Source of the DNA: Octopus sinensis
Lineage: Eukaryota
Direction: 5' to 3'
Assembly: GCF_006345805.1 (NCBI RefSeq)
Contig: NC_043004.1
Coordinates: 5,394,001-5,458,000 of the forward strand
DNA length: 64,000 nt
The position numbers were made by a program, and so were the translations under genes. Under the pieces are notes generated by a model. That model had not been told where the DNA came from and ran no database searches. It saw nothing but the letters and a program-made list of their open reading frames with translations. Below, piece after piece: positions 12,601-26,684 of this stretch. Position 1 is the stretch's first letter. Every line of letters begins with the position of its first letter.

Positions 12601-15600
12601 CATGGAAGGCAAACGTTAAACGATGATGATGATGATGGTGGTTGTGATATCTTGTAGCTTATGATGTGATTGTTTATTTTTAGAATGACATTGTAGGATA
12701 GGTGTGAGAGGCTGGATCTGGCTGGCTTGAACATAAAACATGGTAGAATATTTGAGCTGGATGTGGCCAATTTAAATGCTAAAGGGTTAAAGGGAGGTTT
12801 TTTTGTGGGTTGGGTATTAAATGAATTAGTGACATTAAGTAACCAGGTTCAACTCGTTGCAATTACGCGAAAGTGTCGTAAGTCCAAAGCATTGCTTTTT
12901 CAGAAAAGGAAGAAATAGTTTCACCATTCCATTTCTTTTTACATTAGCAACAGTTTCATCTTAACAATAATACTTTGTTGGTTGCATAAAATCATGACTC
13001 CATGCATGATATTTTCAGTCAGAAATATTTTTGCAAAACTGTCATATGTGGGACTTACTACAATTAAAAAAAAAGCTAAACTGTTGTACTACACCATGAC
13101 AATTTCATATCTTGGCATCTAAAGCAACTGGAGATATGATAGTTTGACCAAAAGAACTAGCTATTGCAAGCAAAATTAAATATTGAAAAAAAAAATGCAT
13201 TTGGTCAAATTTGGACATACAATAGTTTAACATAATAGCAATGAGCTGTATTTTACAACTGCCAACAAATGAAGACTAGCTAAAAGGATTGTGAATACAT
13301 CTTATTGAGTCAAAGTAAAATCCTTTAATTTGGTTCACACCCACAGTGAACTTTATATTGAATATTTTGTCACTTGGACTCATCTTCTCTAAAACTAGCA
13401 TTGGTTTTTCTTCAAGGAATATTCAGATTTTAATTTGAGATATTTTACGGAGCAGTTGTTTGGCAGAATCATTAGAGGGTCAAGCAAATTCCTTGCAGTA
13501 ATTGTTCTGGGTCTTTGCATTCTGAGTTCACATCCTGTTAAGGTTAACTTTGCCTTTCATCCTACCAAGCATCTCTAAATAAAGTACCAGTGAAATGATA
13601 GGATTGATTCTCTCTCTCATTGCCCCAAATCCATTTCCAGTGTTCCCAATGATAGATAAAGTACCAAGTTAGATGGAGTACATTGGAGTATCAGTGAAAT
13701 ACTAGGGCTGATTCTCTCTTTCTTCTCTCTCTCTCTCATTCAGCTTCCCCACTCAATGGTCCCACTGGTAGATAAAGTACCAAGTTAGATGGAGTACACT
13801 ACCATCACATCAATGAAATAAGTGGACCTTCATTGATGGGAGTGGGGTTTTTTTTTGGTCTTTTCTTTTTGTAGCTCTTTAGATATGTCTTCTACTATGG
13901 CCACAAACTGACCAGTGCCATTTGAGTGAAATTTGGTCGATGAAAGACCACTGTGTGTATATAAGCATGTGCATGTATGTACATATTTACATGGAGTAAA
14001 GATTTTTGCAACATAACATGGCAGTTCTGGTTTAGGATGAATGTTGCTGTAATTTAGCCCCAGGAGACATCATCCCCAGCTGGCTATACGACATGATCTG
14101 TGTCCTTATATTTTCATACAGCCAGCTGGAGACGATCTAGATTACAGCAACATTCGTCCTAAACCAGGACTGCCATGTTATGTTGGAAAAAATCTTTACT
14201 CCAAAGTACTGTTGCTGAATATTTCTCGTTGTGAGGTTTAAAAATAATAATTTTCTAACATACTTACATATATCATCACCATTTTAACATCCTCGTTTCC
14301 ATACTTGCATGGGTCAGATGAAATTTGTTGAGGCAGATTTTCTATAGCCTGTTGGACTTCCAGTTGCTAACCTTCACCTGTTTCCAAGCAAGCTAATATT
14401 TCCTCAGACATGTTTTCCATGGAAGACTGGAAACGTACAGCATCGCTTGAATGGCAATGATGCTCATTTATAATCATCACATAATGCCAAGACAAGGACA
14501 CACACACACACAAATGCATACATGTGTGTGGTGTGTGTGTGTGTGTGTGATATTTAAAGGTATAAAAGCTACATGGGTATATTAAATACACCCTGAATTT
14601 CAGCAGTGCATATTCAAGAAAATGTGTCAGCAACAAAATTAGCTTATGGGAGGCCCAGATTCACATCTTTTATCTTTTAACTGTCTCAGTTAACTGGGGT
14701 ACAGAAACAATATGGAAGCCTGTGGCATGTGTGTGTGTGTGTGTCCTCTAATCTGTCTTTATATGGTTTATGTATGAGAAACAATATCGCTATTTATGCG
14801 GCAGTGTCATTGTTTGCATATAGCATAAAAACATGTTTGGCTGCTGAGCAGTTTATCTTGTAAAAGACTTGAGGAATAAATACCTTACTTGGAAACAAGG
14901 AAGAATTGACAAACAGGAAGTGTATTCAGCCATTGAATACTACCCCAACAAGTTTGATCTAAACCATATTAGCATGGAAGAAACAGACGTAAAAATTTGT
15001 TTTGTAACCTTGGTAGACTGCCTTACGCTTGGAAGATGTGGAGAGTATGGTCAAAAGAATTAACCTAGTACCTGACTGGATCTTGTTCCATCTCTGGAAG
15101 AATGAAAGTCAAAGTTGATCGTCAAAGGATTTGAACTCAAAGAGATAATACTAAATACTGAAAAGCACTTTATGTTGTACTACACTATTATTGACAACCA
15201 ATTTTTTTTTTATTATTAATTAAAGGAGTAGTAAATGAATTCTTGCATTTGTGAGACAGGTGTACTTGTTGCTTGGTGGACTTTTGGAATAACTACCACT
15301 GCCTCAAGGAAATGGAAAAGGCAAGGAATTGGGTGATTGGTTAACCTTTTAGCATTTAAATCGACCAAATATGAGACAAATATTCCACCTGTTTTATGTT
15401 CAAACTGGTTAGTTTCAGCCTTTCACATCGACCTTACAATGTCATTCTGAAAATATACTATCATCATCATCAACACCATCAACATTTAACATCCAAAATC
15501 TGAAAGCTACAAGATAATACCTGATTAATTCAAAACAATGGGAATAAATAAGCGTTACATTTGACAGAGTAATCTGAATGCTAAAGGTGTAATAGTTTAT

Positions 15601-17674
15601 TTACTAATCTTTTAGTAAATAAAAGAATTGGCTGTCCATAAGAGAAAAGTACTTTTATGTTTTGCAGTATTTAACCATGTCTACTTATTCTATCAATAAA
15701 TCTTTTGAATTAATTTAACAAAGCCAGTATTTATACTAACAGGAATATCTACAGTTGCACCCAATTAATAAGAATATGATGCAAAAGTAACCAGAGTTCA
15801 AATCCTAGTTCTGCTGCTTTTACTCTGACCATGTACAATAGATGATTGCACAAAATCCGTTTATTTAGCTTGGATTACCTAACAGTTAGTAATAAAATCT
15901 CTTCTTAATAAATCTCCTTACCCCTGTATCAAAATCCTGTATATTATTGCTGCTTCCTATATCATGAGTCTCCAGGAATTATTTTCCATGCTGGCACTAC
16001 ATTATTGACATTCTCCCTAAATGCTTTCAATTCTTTCTTTTAACTCTTAGTGCTGCTTACATTTACCGACTTATAGCTTTGGTCACTCAATTAACTTCTT
16101 TTGTTTGATGTGTCTTACCTTCTCTTACTTAAAAATTTTTCATTTCACCTGGATTTAAAACTAAAACTGCTACATATGTAACAATAAGGTGCTTCTTTTT
16201 AAATCTCTGTTTGAAGAAATGTTTGATGCGTTCCTATTATGTTGTTGTTATTTAGCCCTAGGCTGGCCTTCTGACTGAATCCATCCATGATGTAGGTTGT
16301 TCAATGTGTAGTATATCCAGGGAGATTTCACTGCTATTTCTAGCAGGTTGAGCTAGTACATAGAACCACCTCCCTCCTATGTGCTATTTTTACTTGATGT
16401 TAGAACTGTAGTAGAATTAAGAAAGGTTTACTAGTATCTTTGGTTGTTGTTGTAGTTGTTAGGTAAATTTCATCCAATTAGTGCAAGCATAGAAAAGTGG
16501 ATGTTAAAACAATGTTGATAATGATGATGATGATGCCTATTGTGATAATTGGTAACACTGGATGTTAGTGAATGCATGCTTGTAACAGAAATTTTATTTG
16601 GCATTAGGTATGTAATATAATAATAATAATAATAATAATAATTGTGTACAGTGCTCAGGTGAACTACAACTCATCTAAAGTGTATATATAATCAGGTGTA
16701 GTTTCGGCGGATTTCGGAAAGCATGAGGGCCTTAAAAGATGCAGTGTCATGGCAGTCAACAACTGACGCAGGCAGTTTATTCCATGCTTCAGCAACTCTG
16801 AGCGTGAAAAAATGTTTCCGAAAGTCATGGGAGCTGTATTGTTTTCTGACTTTGTAGGCATGTCCACGTGTGTTAGACACATGGAGATCAAAAAGGTGTT
16901 CAGTGTTGTTGTTGGTGAGGTGGTTGATAACTTTGTGGGTGTTTACCAAGTCCGTCGCCAAACGCCGGAGCTTCAGTGAATCCATGCCCAGGGAAACAAG
17001 GCGCTCAGAATATGGTAGGTGTCTGATGGAGGGTATGCGTTTGGTTGCACGTCTCTGGACAGATTCCAGGAGGTCAATGTTCTGTGCAAGATAGGGGTTC
17101 CAAACTGATGATGCGAATTCCAAGTGTGGTCGTACCATAGCTGTATACAGTTTTAAATAGATGGCTGGAGAGCGGCTAACAAAAGACCTGCTGAGTGATG
17201 CCAAGACACCCTCGGCCTTCCTGACAATCTTAGAGATATGCTTTGACCAACGCAAATCACTGCTGACAGTGATGCCTAGGTCACGCTCGCAAGAGGATTT
17301 CTTGATATCAGTGTTGTGGAGGGAGTTTTAGACTGCTTTTACTTAAGGCAATTAATGGAAGATTATTGTGTATTTGTGTGTTGATTTAGACACAGGTACA
17401 GCTGTGTGGTTAAGGAGTTTTATCATCATCATATCACCCTCGCCCACCACCACCACCATCACTACCATCATCATCATCATTAAGTTGGTGAGTTAGCAGA
17501 ATTGTTAGCGGCATTTTGTCCTTCTTTACATTCTGAGTTCAAATTCTGCCAAGGTCGACTTTCCCTTTCATCCTTTCGGGGTCAATAAATTAAGTACCAG
17601 TTGCATACTGAGGTTGATGCAATTGACCAGTCCCCTACCCCAAAATTTCAGGCCTTGTGCTTATAGTAGAAAGG

Positions 17675-17718
<44 letters not shown>

Positions 17719-20700
17719 GGTGGTGAGCTGACAGAGAATCATTAGCATGCTGGACAAATGATTAGCGGTATTTCGCCCATCGCTACATTCTGAGTTCAAA
17801 TTCCACTGAGGTCGACTTCGCCTTTTATCCTTTTGGGGGTCAATAAATTAAGTACCACTGAAACACTGGGGTCAATGTAATCAGTCCCCTCCCCCAAAAT
17901 TTCAGGCCTTGTGCCTTTAGTAGAAAGGATTATTATTATTAGTATTATTGAAAGCAGTTGGTTCTGTATTGCAACGATAAATTTGTTGCAAAAATAGCTT
18001 AATTTTGATTATTAGTACAAACATAATAACCATACGTGTCATTACTACTTTTTGGAAAGACATTAATGCCACAACATCCTGTCTGCTGCCACTTTTGAGC
18101 TTCATGCATATCAAAGCTAATTGCCTCTGATGCTGACTTTTTATTTTGTGGTTCTTTCTCTACTACAGCTTTTTAAATAATTCTTACTTAAATTTTAAAT
18201 GAGTGGCTGTGTGGTAAGTAGCTTGCTTACCAACCTCATGGTTCCGGGTTCAGCCCCACTGCATGGCACCTTGGGCAAGTATCTTCTACTATAGCCTTGG
18301 GCCGACCAAAGTCTTGCGAGTGAATTTGGTAGACAGAAACTGAAAGAAGCTCGTTGTATATATATATGTGTGTATGTGTGTTTGTGTTTGTCCCCCCCAA
18401 CATCGCTTGACAACCGATGCGAGTGTGTTTATGTCCAAGTAGTACAGCATGTTGTTTCCAAATTTTTGGCTGAGTGATTTAGGTCATGGTGCTGTTTTTC
18501 TCACAGACAGTGCCCAACTGATCCTACTATACTGTGTAGTTGACAAAATTAAAAGCAAAAAATGTGCATGCGTGAAATTAAAAATATAAGATGGCAACAA
18601 TTTACCCATCACACCCTGTATATATATGTCTACATATTTGTTTGTGTGTATATATAAATGATGGACTTTTGGTTTCTGTCTTGCAATTCTATTTTGGTCA
18701 GACCAGAATTACAGGAGAAGTGACTTGCTCAAGGTACCATGCAGTGGGACTGAACCCAAGACCACATGGTCGGGAAGCAAGCTTCTTAGAACCACACAAT
18801 CACACCTGCACCCATGTATACATCTGTTAAATACACTTACAGAGCTCTGTTGGTTAGATTAGACTATTTGTGGCAGATGAGAGCAAGGAGTAAGAGAGAA
18901 TAAGAAAGAAAGAAGGAAGGAAGAAAGGAAAGGAAGGAAGGAAGGAACCTTACTGCTCTCTTGAAACTGCATTTAATTTTCATTTGTCAGTTTTGAGTTA
19001 AAAGACATAAAAGAAAGCTTGTCTCTTTTTCTGCTCTCTCTCTCTCTCAACCAATATACAACAAGTAACTAAGTTGTCAGAAGATTTTTCTATAACCATC
19101 CTCAATGTTGAAATTTTGAAAGACAATCTCTGCTATTATACTTATACTTTTATTATACTTAACATTTATCTTCAATGCAAATCAAGATCACCTCATAGTA
19201 ATGTTACTCAGTTGGAAATAATTTTTTTCTTCGGACGATTTTTATTTTTCCTTCCTTAATTCAGAAATGAATTGAATCTTATTTTGATTTTATCTATTGG
19301 AATACTCTCTCACCAGTTCCTTAAAAAAAACAAAGGAAATCAGAACTAACCTAGTCAAGTATGTCATATTTACTTGTGTATAAGTTGCACCCTTAATTTA
19401 CAGTTAAATCTTTTTTCTGTTTTTTTTTCTTCTTTTCACTTGTTTCAATCATTTGAAGGGTTTTAATTAAACAAATAGACCACAGGACATACGATGGGCT
19501 TCTTTCAGTTTCTGTCTACCAAATCCACTTGTAAAGCTTTGGTTGGCCCGAAGCTACGCAAGGTGTGACACAGTGGTACTGAACCTGGAACCATGTGATT
19601 GGGAAGCAAGCATCTTACCACACAGCCATGCCTGCACCCATGTACAAATTTTTTTCCTTTCGTATTCAAACTTGATATCAGCTTTGCCCCATGTATAAGT
19701 TACAACCTAGTTTTTACAGTTAAAATTAAATATTAAAATGGTATGAATTATGCATAAGTAAATACAATAGTGAAATGAATTTTTAAATTCACTCTAAATT
19801 ATTTAGATAACCATTAGGGAAAAACACCAAACTCAAAATCACATTTAATTAAACACTAAATTTTGTCCACTTTGAAAGACACATTTATATATTTTTTACA
19901 TCTGTCTGTCTGTCTACATTACAGTAATTCCTCACCATATCGCAGCTCACCGATCACAGTTTATTATTTAAGCTTACATCGATTCCTCCATGGTGTTGTT
20001 TTGCATTTATAATAAAATAAATATATACAAATTATAAAAATAATAATAAAAATATACAGTACAGTACTGTTTCTACTTTGTGGATTTTCACCAATCAGAG
20101 GGGGTTTTGAAACGAACACCCACGATAGTTGAGGGATTACTGCATTTTCATTCAGTTTTTTCTTATTGGATAAAAAAAAAAAAGAAAACTATGTGCTTGG
20201 GTTTAAGACAATGATTAAATTGTTTGTGGTTTGGACATTTGGTCTTGTTTGGGTGTTTTGTTTTGGACATGATTCTTTGATATTGCTGGTAAGTAGCCAT
20301 CATCCATCTACAAAAACTCATTGTCATCATCATCTAACATCCATTTTTCCATGCTTACATGGGTCAGGTGGAATTTGTTGGGGTAAATTTCCTATGACCA
20401 GATACCCTTCCTGTTGCCAACCCTCACCTTTTCCCAAACAAGGTTATATTTCCTCATGGCCAGATAAGCTTTTCATGGAAGACTGGAAACAAACAGCACC
20501 ACTTGTATGACAGTGATGCTTGTTTACAACCATCAATGATGGCACGGCAAAAGTACAAACACATACACACTCATATAAAAGAACCCAGATGGGGTTTAAA
20601 ATTTATGACAGGCCCTTTCAGTACAAGTTTATTTATGTATTCATAGATCACATCATAGCATGTAACCATTGCTGATACAATCTATAGTCTATGAAGACAT

Positions 20701-23700
20701 CAATAAAATTCTACAAAAACAGCTGTTGTATATTATAAACCCCATTTGTGTTTCTTTATACCTACACATTAGATTTGGTACTTACATATTTGCAGTATCC
20801 TACCAGCAACTGATACCTTCATGGTTGTCTTACCTCACTGTGAACCTTATGTTATTGTACCTAGCCATTTCTGGCATCCTACATGTTGGTGTGCCTAGAT
20901 TCTATTAAATCCTGTATCTATATATACACACACTTACACAATGGGCTTCTTTCACTTACTGTCTACCTAATCCACTTACAAGGCTTGGGTGGGCCCAGGG
21001 TTACAAAAGACTCTTTCCCAAGGTGCCACACAGTAGGACCAGACTCTTGTCCTTCATTCAGTTTCCATCTATCAATTTCTTTCATAAGGCTTTGATCAGC
21101 TTAGGGTTGTTGTACAAGACACCCAATATGCATTAGATATTTTGACAGAGAAAATTTTGCTTTTAATGTTCATAACAACTGGTTTATACCAGTTGGGTAT
21201 GAATCATTGCAGAAACTAAAACATAGAAATTCAAATAGAAAAATATATGACACAGTTCTTAATTTTAAATACATTGTTGTGATCAAATATCAGAGGCTTC
21301 ATACTTATAATCTACCAATTGAAAATTAAATGAAGCAAACGTTTTAATGAATCTGTATAATAGCTATGTTAAGGAAGATAAATCCATACTTTAACTAAAT
21401 TTTCATTTTCTTTGACTCGCTCTTTTGTTTATGTGAATGAGATGTGTTTGTATTAATGAGGTTTGTTTCCAATATATTTTAATGTCTTTTTACTTTTGTG
21501 TGTATGTATAATATTCTAATATTAAGGTGGCGAGCTGGCAGAATCATTAGCACGCCGGGCGAAATGCTTAGCGGTATTTTGTCTGCCATTATGTTCTGAG
21601 TTCAAATTCCGCCGAGGTCAACTTTGCCTTTCGTCCTTTCGGGGGTTGATTAAATAAGTACCAGTTACGCACTGGGGTCGATATAATCAACTTCATCCGT
21701 TTTTCTGTCCTTGTTTGTCCTCTCTGTGTTTAGCCCCTTGTGGGTAGTAAAGAAATAGGTATTTCGTCTGTCTTTACGTTCTGAGTTCAAATTCCACTAA
21801 GGTCAACTTTACCTTTCATCATTTTGGGGTCGATAAAATAAATACCGGTTACGCACTGGGGTCGATGCAATCGACTTAATCCCTTTGTTTGTCCCCTCTG
21901 TGTTTTGCCCCTTGTGGGCAATAAAGAAATAAGTATTCTAATCTGTCTGTCTATCTCTGTGTTCTTCTATGCAAATGTGTTTGTGTGTTCAATGCTAAGT
22001 TGTTCATAACGTAAAGAGCACTGGTAACACAGTAGGGTGTGGTGTTGACTCATAAACACAATATACTTTATCGTATATTAGGTGTTGCATAATGAAATTC
22101 CATGTGCTCACAAGTCTTTAATATTAAGTCTTTCATTGGCAAAAAGGCCATTGGCACAACAGGTCAGGTGCCAAAATGATCACACCAAATGGATGGCACC
22201 AAAACAAATGCACTGTAATCCCTTTCCAAAGGTCCTGAGTTTTATGGTAGCAACCTAATTTTATATTAAAATCCCGTTTTTTGTAGTTGTGCTCCAGCTG
22301 GACAATAACATTGGAAAATCCAACCTAAATTATGAAGTGAATTAGTTGCTTAGTAATTGCTTTATCTTACCATTTTATCTTTTACATGTTTCAGTCATTG
22401 GTCTGTGACCATGCTGGGGCACTGCTCTGAAGAGTTTAGTCAAATTAACCTCAGTACTTATTTTTTTAAAGTCTGGCAGTTAATCTATCAGTCTCATTTG
22501 CTGCTCTGCAACGATGTGATTTCAGGTTCAGTTCCACAGTGTGGCACCTTGGACAAGTGTCTTCTACTATAGCTCCAGGTTGATCAATGCTTTGTGAGTG
22601 AAATTGGTCAACAAAAAACATGTGGAAGCCCATCACTCATATATACGTTTGTATCTTTGTGTTTGTCCCCTACCACTACTTCACAAGTGTTGGTTTGTTT
22701 ACATCCCTGTAACTTAGTGATTCAGCAAACAAGACCAATGGACATGTAAAGCACCCAGTACACTCTGTAGAGTGGTTGGTGATAGGAAGGGCATCCAGTC
22801 ATAGAAACCATGCCAAAACAAACAACTGAAGCCTAGATAACACTCTGGCTGGCCATCTCCTGTCAAACCATCCAACCTATGCCAGCATGGAAAATGGATG
22901 TTAAATGATGATGATAACGACAACTGACAGCATGGAGAGTGTAGAAGCCTTATATGCCATCTAAGAGGCATGAAGTACAAAGAAGAACAGACAGTCAATC
23001 ATTGAATAACATTCTTTTAGAACAGGAAATAAACCTCAATTGTGCCTTATTTATTCACATATATTTATTCTATCCTCTAGTACCATTCCTATAATGTGTT
23101 TCTCTTCTAAATTTGCAGGCAGTCCAAGTTACCCTTGATGAAGACTACATATGGTGCATGGATGATCTATTTCCTATATTTCAATATGTGGTTGTGAGAT
23201 CCAAGATTCGACATTTAGGAGCTGAGATACATTTGATTGATGACTTGATGGAACAACACTTGGAATATGGAGAATTGGGTATCATGTTTACAACACTCAA
23301 GGTAACACACCCTTCATTAGTAAGCTGTATATTCATTAGTTCACTGAAGGTTTTATTAGTAAACTATGTTCATTTTAATTAATAACAGAAATGCAAATAT
23401 CTACAATAATAAAAAAAATGAAGCAACTACTTTCTAACTGTAGAACTAGAAGCAAATAAAGCTATAATTAGCATGTAAATATTGGGTTAAAAAACACATA
23501 GGACAGAAAGAGTCACATGTTATCCATGGGACTTGAACCCACATCTGTGAAAAAGACAGATGTTTTACCATTGAACCAAAGCATTCATTCGAATTTATTC
23601 ATTTTATATGTTTTGTTTTTACCAGTGAGAATTGCAGGTTAGTTATGTCATAAGAATTTGGAAATTTCAATGTAATAATTCATTTTTAACTTGAAGTAGA

Positions 23701-23854
23701 GAAAGCTACAAATAATAGCAATAATAGATATTGAATTATAAAACCCTTTTGAGATTTCTGTTTGTTTTTACCTTAAATATACTGATACCATTTTTTCTCA
23801 TTGGTTTTTCAGGCATGTTATTTTCAAATACAGCATGAAAAGATGCCAGGTTGA
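1046..23854 (+). CDS. ALS2: Alsin (Rab5 GEF), C-terminal part with VPS9 domain; 5' exons lie upstream of the window
   Basis: Exons 1046-1169, 3710-3867, 5781-5912, 6805-6981, 8336-8381, 9168-9229, 10862-10925, 23119-23301, 23813-23854 (TGA). All introns GT-AG with matching phases. Peptides [121 protein letters not shown] match the alsin C-terminus as I recall it. Confidence 0.95.
1795..2125 (-). mobile_element. R4/Dong-like non-LTR retrotransposon 3' fragment (restriction-like endonuclease end)
   Basis: ORF tail [13 protein letters not shown]...IVIAALG...[13 protein letters not shown] is typical of RLE C-termini; short 3' UTR ending in a TAA/CAA tail. Confidence 0.7.
2120..2715 (-). mobile_element. 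Non-coding TAA-tailed retroposon; second copy at about 28665-29095
   Basis: Both copies begin on + after (TTA)n with ttgagtgagag and are colinear over several hundred bp. Confidence 0.65.
2735..3570 (+). mobile_element. Tandem cluster of tRNA-derived SINE family B (ggcggcgagctggcagaa head)
   Basis: Repeated B-box-like ctgagttcaaattcc and a shared ~180-bp body. Other copies near 4790-5040, 9355-9570, 17480-17935, 21525-21935, 29760-29995 (-), 35560-35780, 49095-49300 (-), 58535-59118 (-), 60240-60405 (-). Confidence 0.85.
3907..4005. repeat. (TG)n/(AG)n microsatellite; one of many (TA, TG, CAT, TAT, GATA, CTA) in the window
   Basis: Directly visible; others at 17677-17717, 24600-24632, 43310-43460, 47341-47385, 54140-54345. 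Confidence 0.98.
7300..7760 (-). mobile_element. RTE-clade LINE 3' fragment
   Basis: [12 protein letters not shown]...[21 protein letters not shown] with a frameshift, followed by an AAG-rich tail. Confidence 0.85.
9660..10482 (+). mobile_element. RTE-like LINE 3' end with long 3' UTR and (GAT)n tail
   Basis: [15 protein letters not shown]...[17 protein letters not shown] then modular 3' UTR. Same family at 24900-25840 (-) and 61886-62630 (+), with many tail-only copies (e.g. 30825-31210, 43440-44085, 53290-53670). Confidence 0.85.
11060..11480 (-). mobile_element. Possible decayed Penelope-like element (GIY-YIG remnant)
   Basis: Minus-strand frameshifted peptide GTCK*YYVEQ...RKRITL..QQIK resembles the PLE endonuclease motif; heavily degraded. 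Confidence 0.35.
12030..12360 (-). mobile_element. Old RTE-like RT fragment
   Basis: Minus-strand peptide [41 protein letters not shown] with nearby stops. Confidence 0.7.
13992..14204. mobile_element. MITE-like long foldback element
   Basis: Arms 14011-14057 and 14137-14183 are reverse complements with 3 mismatches; outer (tggagtaaagattttt) and inner (ccagctggct) stems also pair. Confidence 0.8.
15341..15592. mobile_element. piggyBac-like non-autonomous element (TTAA-CCCTTT-type ends)
   Basis: Ends ttaacc(c)tttagcatt ... aatgctaaagg(g)ttaa. Partial copies near 400-520, 12640-12790, 27258-27480, 32290-32522. Confidence 0.6.
16620..17320 (-). mobile_element. CR1/L2-group LINE 3' fragment
   Basis: 187-aa ORF 17255-16692 ([19 protein letters not shown]...[10 protein letters not shown]...VAEAWNKLP) ending at a (TAA)n tail. 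Confidence 0.9.
19920..20145. mobile_element. Tigger/pogo-like MITE
   Basis: Terminal inverted repeats cagtaattcctca ... tgagggattactg. Confidence 0.6.
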
Positions 23855-24597
23855 AAAGCAGCAATTCTGATGAATACTAAAACTAAATTAATACAGTGTT
23901 TAAACTGACAAGACTGAAAAGAGGTTGCTGACATCTAATACACAAACACACACACACACACATATATACACTTGCACATACACACATATTGAACCTAAAG
24001 CAGCCTATTTTAATTTTGTTTGTAAAAATTGATAGCTAAATCTTTCAGCTTTTGCTGACGTTGCTACCTCGCTATCTTGTGGAGAAAGACCGTTCTTCTT
24101 TCACATTAACATAAATTCTCTTCCAGTCATTCGTGTATATTGTTGTTAATCAACAGTTGGCAATTATTTCTGAAATATTCAGACCCTCCCCCAAAAAGTT
24201 TTACAAAAAAATTATTACTATTTTGACAGAATTTAACTTCATAGAAGACATTACTCTTGTGGGATTTTTTTCTTTTTGTTCTTGTGTCTTCTAAAGTCTA
24301 TACCTCAGCTATTATCAAACCTTTGTCCACTTATAATGGTAGTCTTCCTGGTCTGTAACATTTGTGAAAAGAAAATCAAAGAAAATTCTAACAATCCTTA
24401 GGATTTGAGGAGTTATCAAACCAGCCATATTGGTATTATAAATCTTTTAAATCCAGTTAATTAACAGCTGTTTCTAATTACTAAAAGTAATTAATTTATA
24501 TAAATTATATGATTTTTAGTCTGACTAACAGGCATTATATGAAAAAAAACCCCACCTTAACTCTGCTCCAAGCTAACTTGCTGCCACATTAAAATTG

Positions 24598-24635
<38 letters not shown>

Positions 24636-24687
24636 TGTAATCTGTTTGCATATTTTTGTAATTCTAATTCCATAAATGTTTCTCTGA

Positions 24688-24871
24688 AATAAATACTTCC
24701 TTCATCAACTAAGGAACACCCATGTAGATATCAACTATAATTTCTCATTTTGTGTTAATTTCATTCTCTAAAAACTTATTTATTTGAGATCATTTAAAAC
24801 TATTCACTTCGGTTTTTCTTTCACAATGCATAAAATCCTTTCTCTACATCATCCATCCATTGCTCAATAAA
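24688..24871 (+). terminator. Candidate ALS2 polyadenylation signals
   Basis: AATAAA at 24688-24693 and 24866-24871 at the end of a unique AT-rich 3' UTR-like stretch. Confidence 0.4.
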
Positions 24872-25889
24872 ATGAAATGAAAAAAATGTTATGTGTTCTT
24901 GTTTTATTCATCATCATCATCATCATTTAACGTCCATTTTCCGTGCTAGCACAGGTTGGACGGTTCGACCGGTGTCTGGGAAGCCAGGAGACTGCACCAG
25001 GATCCAGTCTGATCTAGCAGGGTTTTTACAGTTGGATGCCCTTCCTAACGCCAACTACTCCGTGAGTGTAGTGGGTGCTTTTTACGTGCCACCGGCACAG
25101 GTGCCAGGGGAGGCTGACAGCGGCCATGATCAGTTGATGCTTTTTACGTGCCACCGGCACAGTAGCCAGTCAAGGAAGCACTGGCATCGGCCACGTTTGG
25201 ATGGTACTTTTTACGTGCCGCCGGCACAGGTATCACAACCACAATTTCCATATGATATTTATTTTGATGTTGATGTACTTGACTCAATAGAACTCCTCAA
25301 GAACAGCAGGTCACCCTACGATCCAAGGTAAGCACAGCAGGTCGTTCTGCAATCCAAGGTACTTTGGATGGGCTGGGCTATGCGAAACTGGTGCAGGAAG
25401 CAGCCATGAACTCATTATTTGTCAGGTCTTTGCAGTCACAGCATATCTCCAGAGATCTTGGTCTTTCGTCATTGCCTCTGTGAGGCCCAACGTTCGAAGG
25501 TCATGCTTGACTACCTCATCCCATGTCTTCCTGGGTCTACCTCTCACCCGGATACCTTGAACTGTTTGGGAGTGGCACTTCTTCACACATCTCTCCTCAT
25601 CCATCCGCAGTATATAACCATACCAGCGTAAACGTCTCTCTTGCACACCACATCTGATGCTTCTTGTGTCCAGCATTTCTCTTAGGGCGCTTACACTCTG
25701 TTGTATGTGCACACTGACATTACACATCCAGCAGATCATGCAAGCTTCATTTCTTTCAAGCCTACAGATGTCCTCTGCAGTGACTGTCCATGTTTCATTA
25801 CCGAGAAGCATAGCAGTTCGCATACGTGCATCATACAATCTAGCCCTTCATGTGTGTGTATGTGAGCATAATATATTTATAAATATGCT

Positions 25890-26650
25890 TATGTGTACCC
25901 CACCATCATACATTCTGAACCAAAATAGCACTGGAATCATCTAGCTTTCTATGGCTATAAGTCCTCAGCATCAACTGGAGTTAATTCAGTCCATTAAACT
26001 CCATCACCTCCTCTCCAATATTTTTAAGACTAGTGTCCCAAAAACATGTACCGAGAGTGATAAAAGTTAAACATCCAGTCAACATCATGGTGTCTGCACT
26101 AATCATTAGTGATGGCGACGTTATGCTTCCATTCATCTTCTCACACAGCCTCAGACTCAACACAGAGGCTTACATCAAGTGCCTGCAGGAGGTAGTGCTG
26201 CCCTGGGTCAAGAAGGTGACTGCTGACCCTGTGACTGGTAACAGAACTCTTGCACCATGCCGCACAGGCAGAACCCAGTCATGGCTGTCAGACAATTTTT
26301 GTGACCACATCACACCTAACTCACCAGACTGCAACCGCAACCCCCTTGATTATTATGTGTGGGGTGCAGTTGAACAAGAGACCAACAAAACTCCTTGTAA
26401 CACCAAAGATGAACTGAAGGCAAGGATTATGGCAGCATTCACCAACTTAAACAACGAAAGAGTTGCAGGAGATTCCAAAGTCGTCTGAAGGCCATGGTTG
26501 AAGCCAATAGCAATTTTATTGAATAAATTTACTTTTAGTATTTCAAGATATTTTTATGTAATTTTGGTAAATATATGTTAAAATGAGATGTCTTTTTTAT
26601 TTTCATTTTTGCTTAACTTAGACGACAATATATTCATCGCACCCTGTATA
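25890..26650 (+). mobile_element. Tc1/mariner (maT-like) transposase pseudogene, 3' half with right TIR
   Basis: Peptides HPVNIMV...YIKCLQEVVLPW...NSPDC(N)PLDYYVWGAVE with frameshifts; end caccctgta followed by TA. A related terminus is near 18440-18620. Confidence 0.85.
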
Positions 26651-26684
26651 TCATTAGATAATATTCTAAGTATAATTAAATTGA

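Noticed and set aside
23765-23812. U12-like branch motif (accttaaat) in the last ALS2 intron
   Set aside because: The donor is GTAACA, a U2 type.
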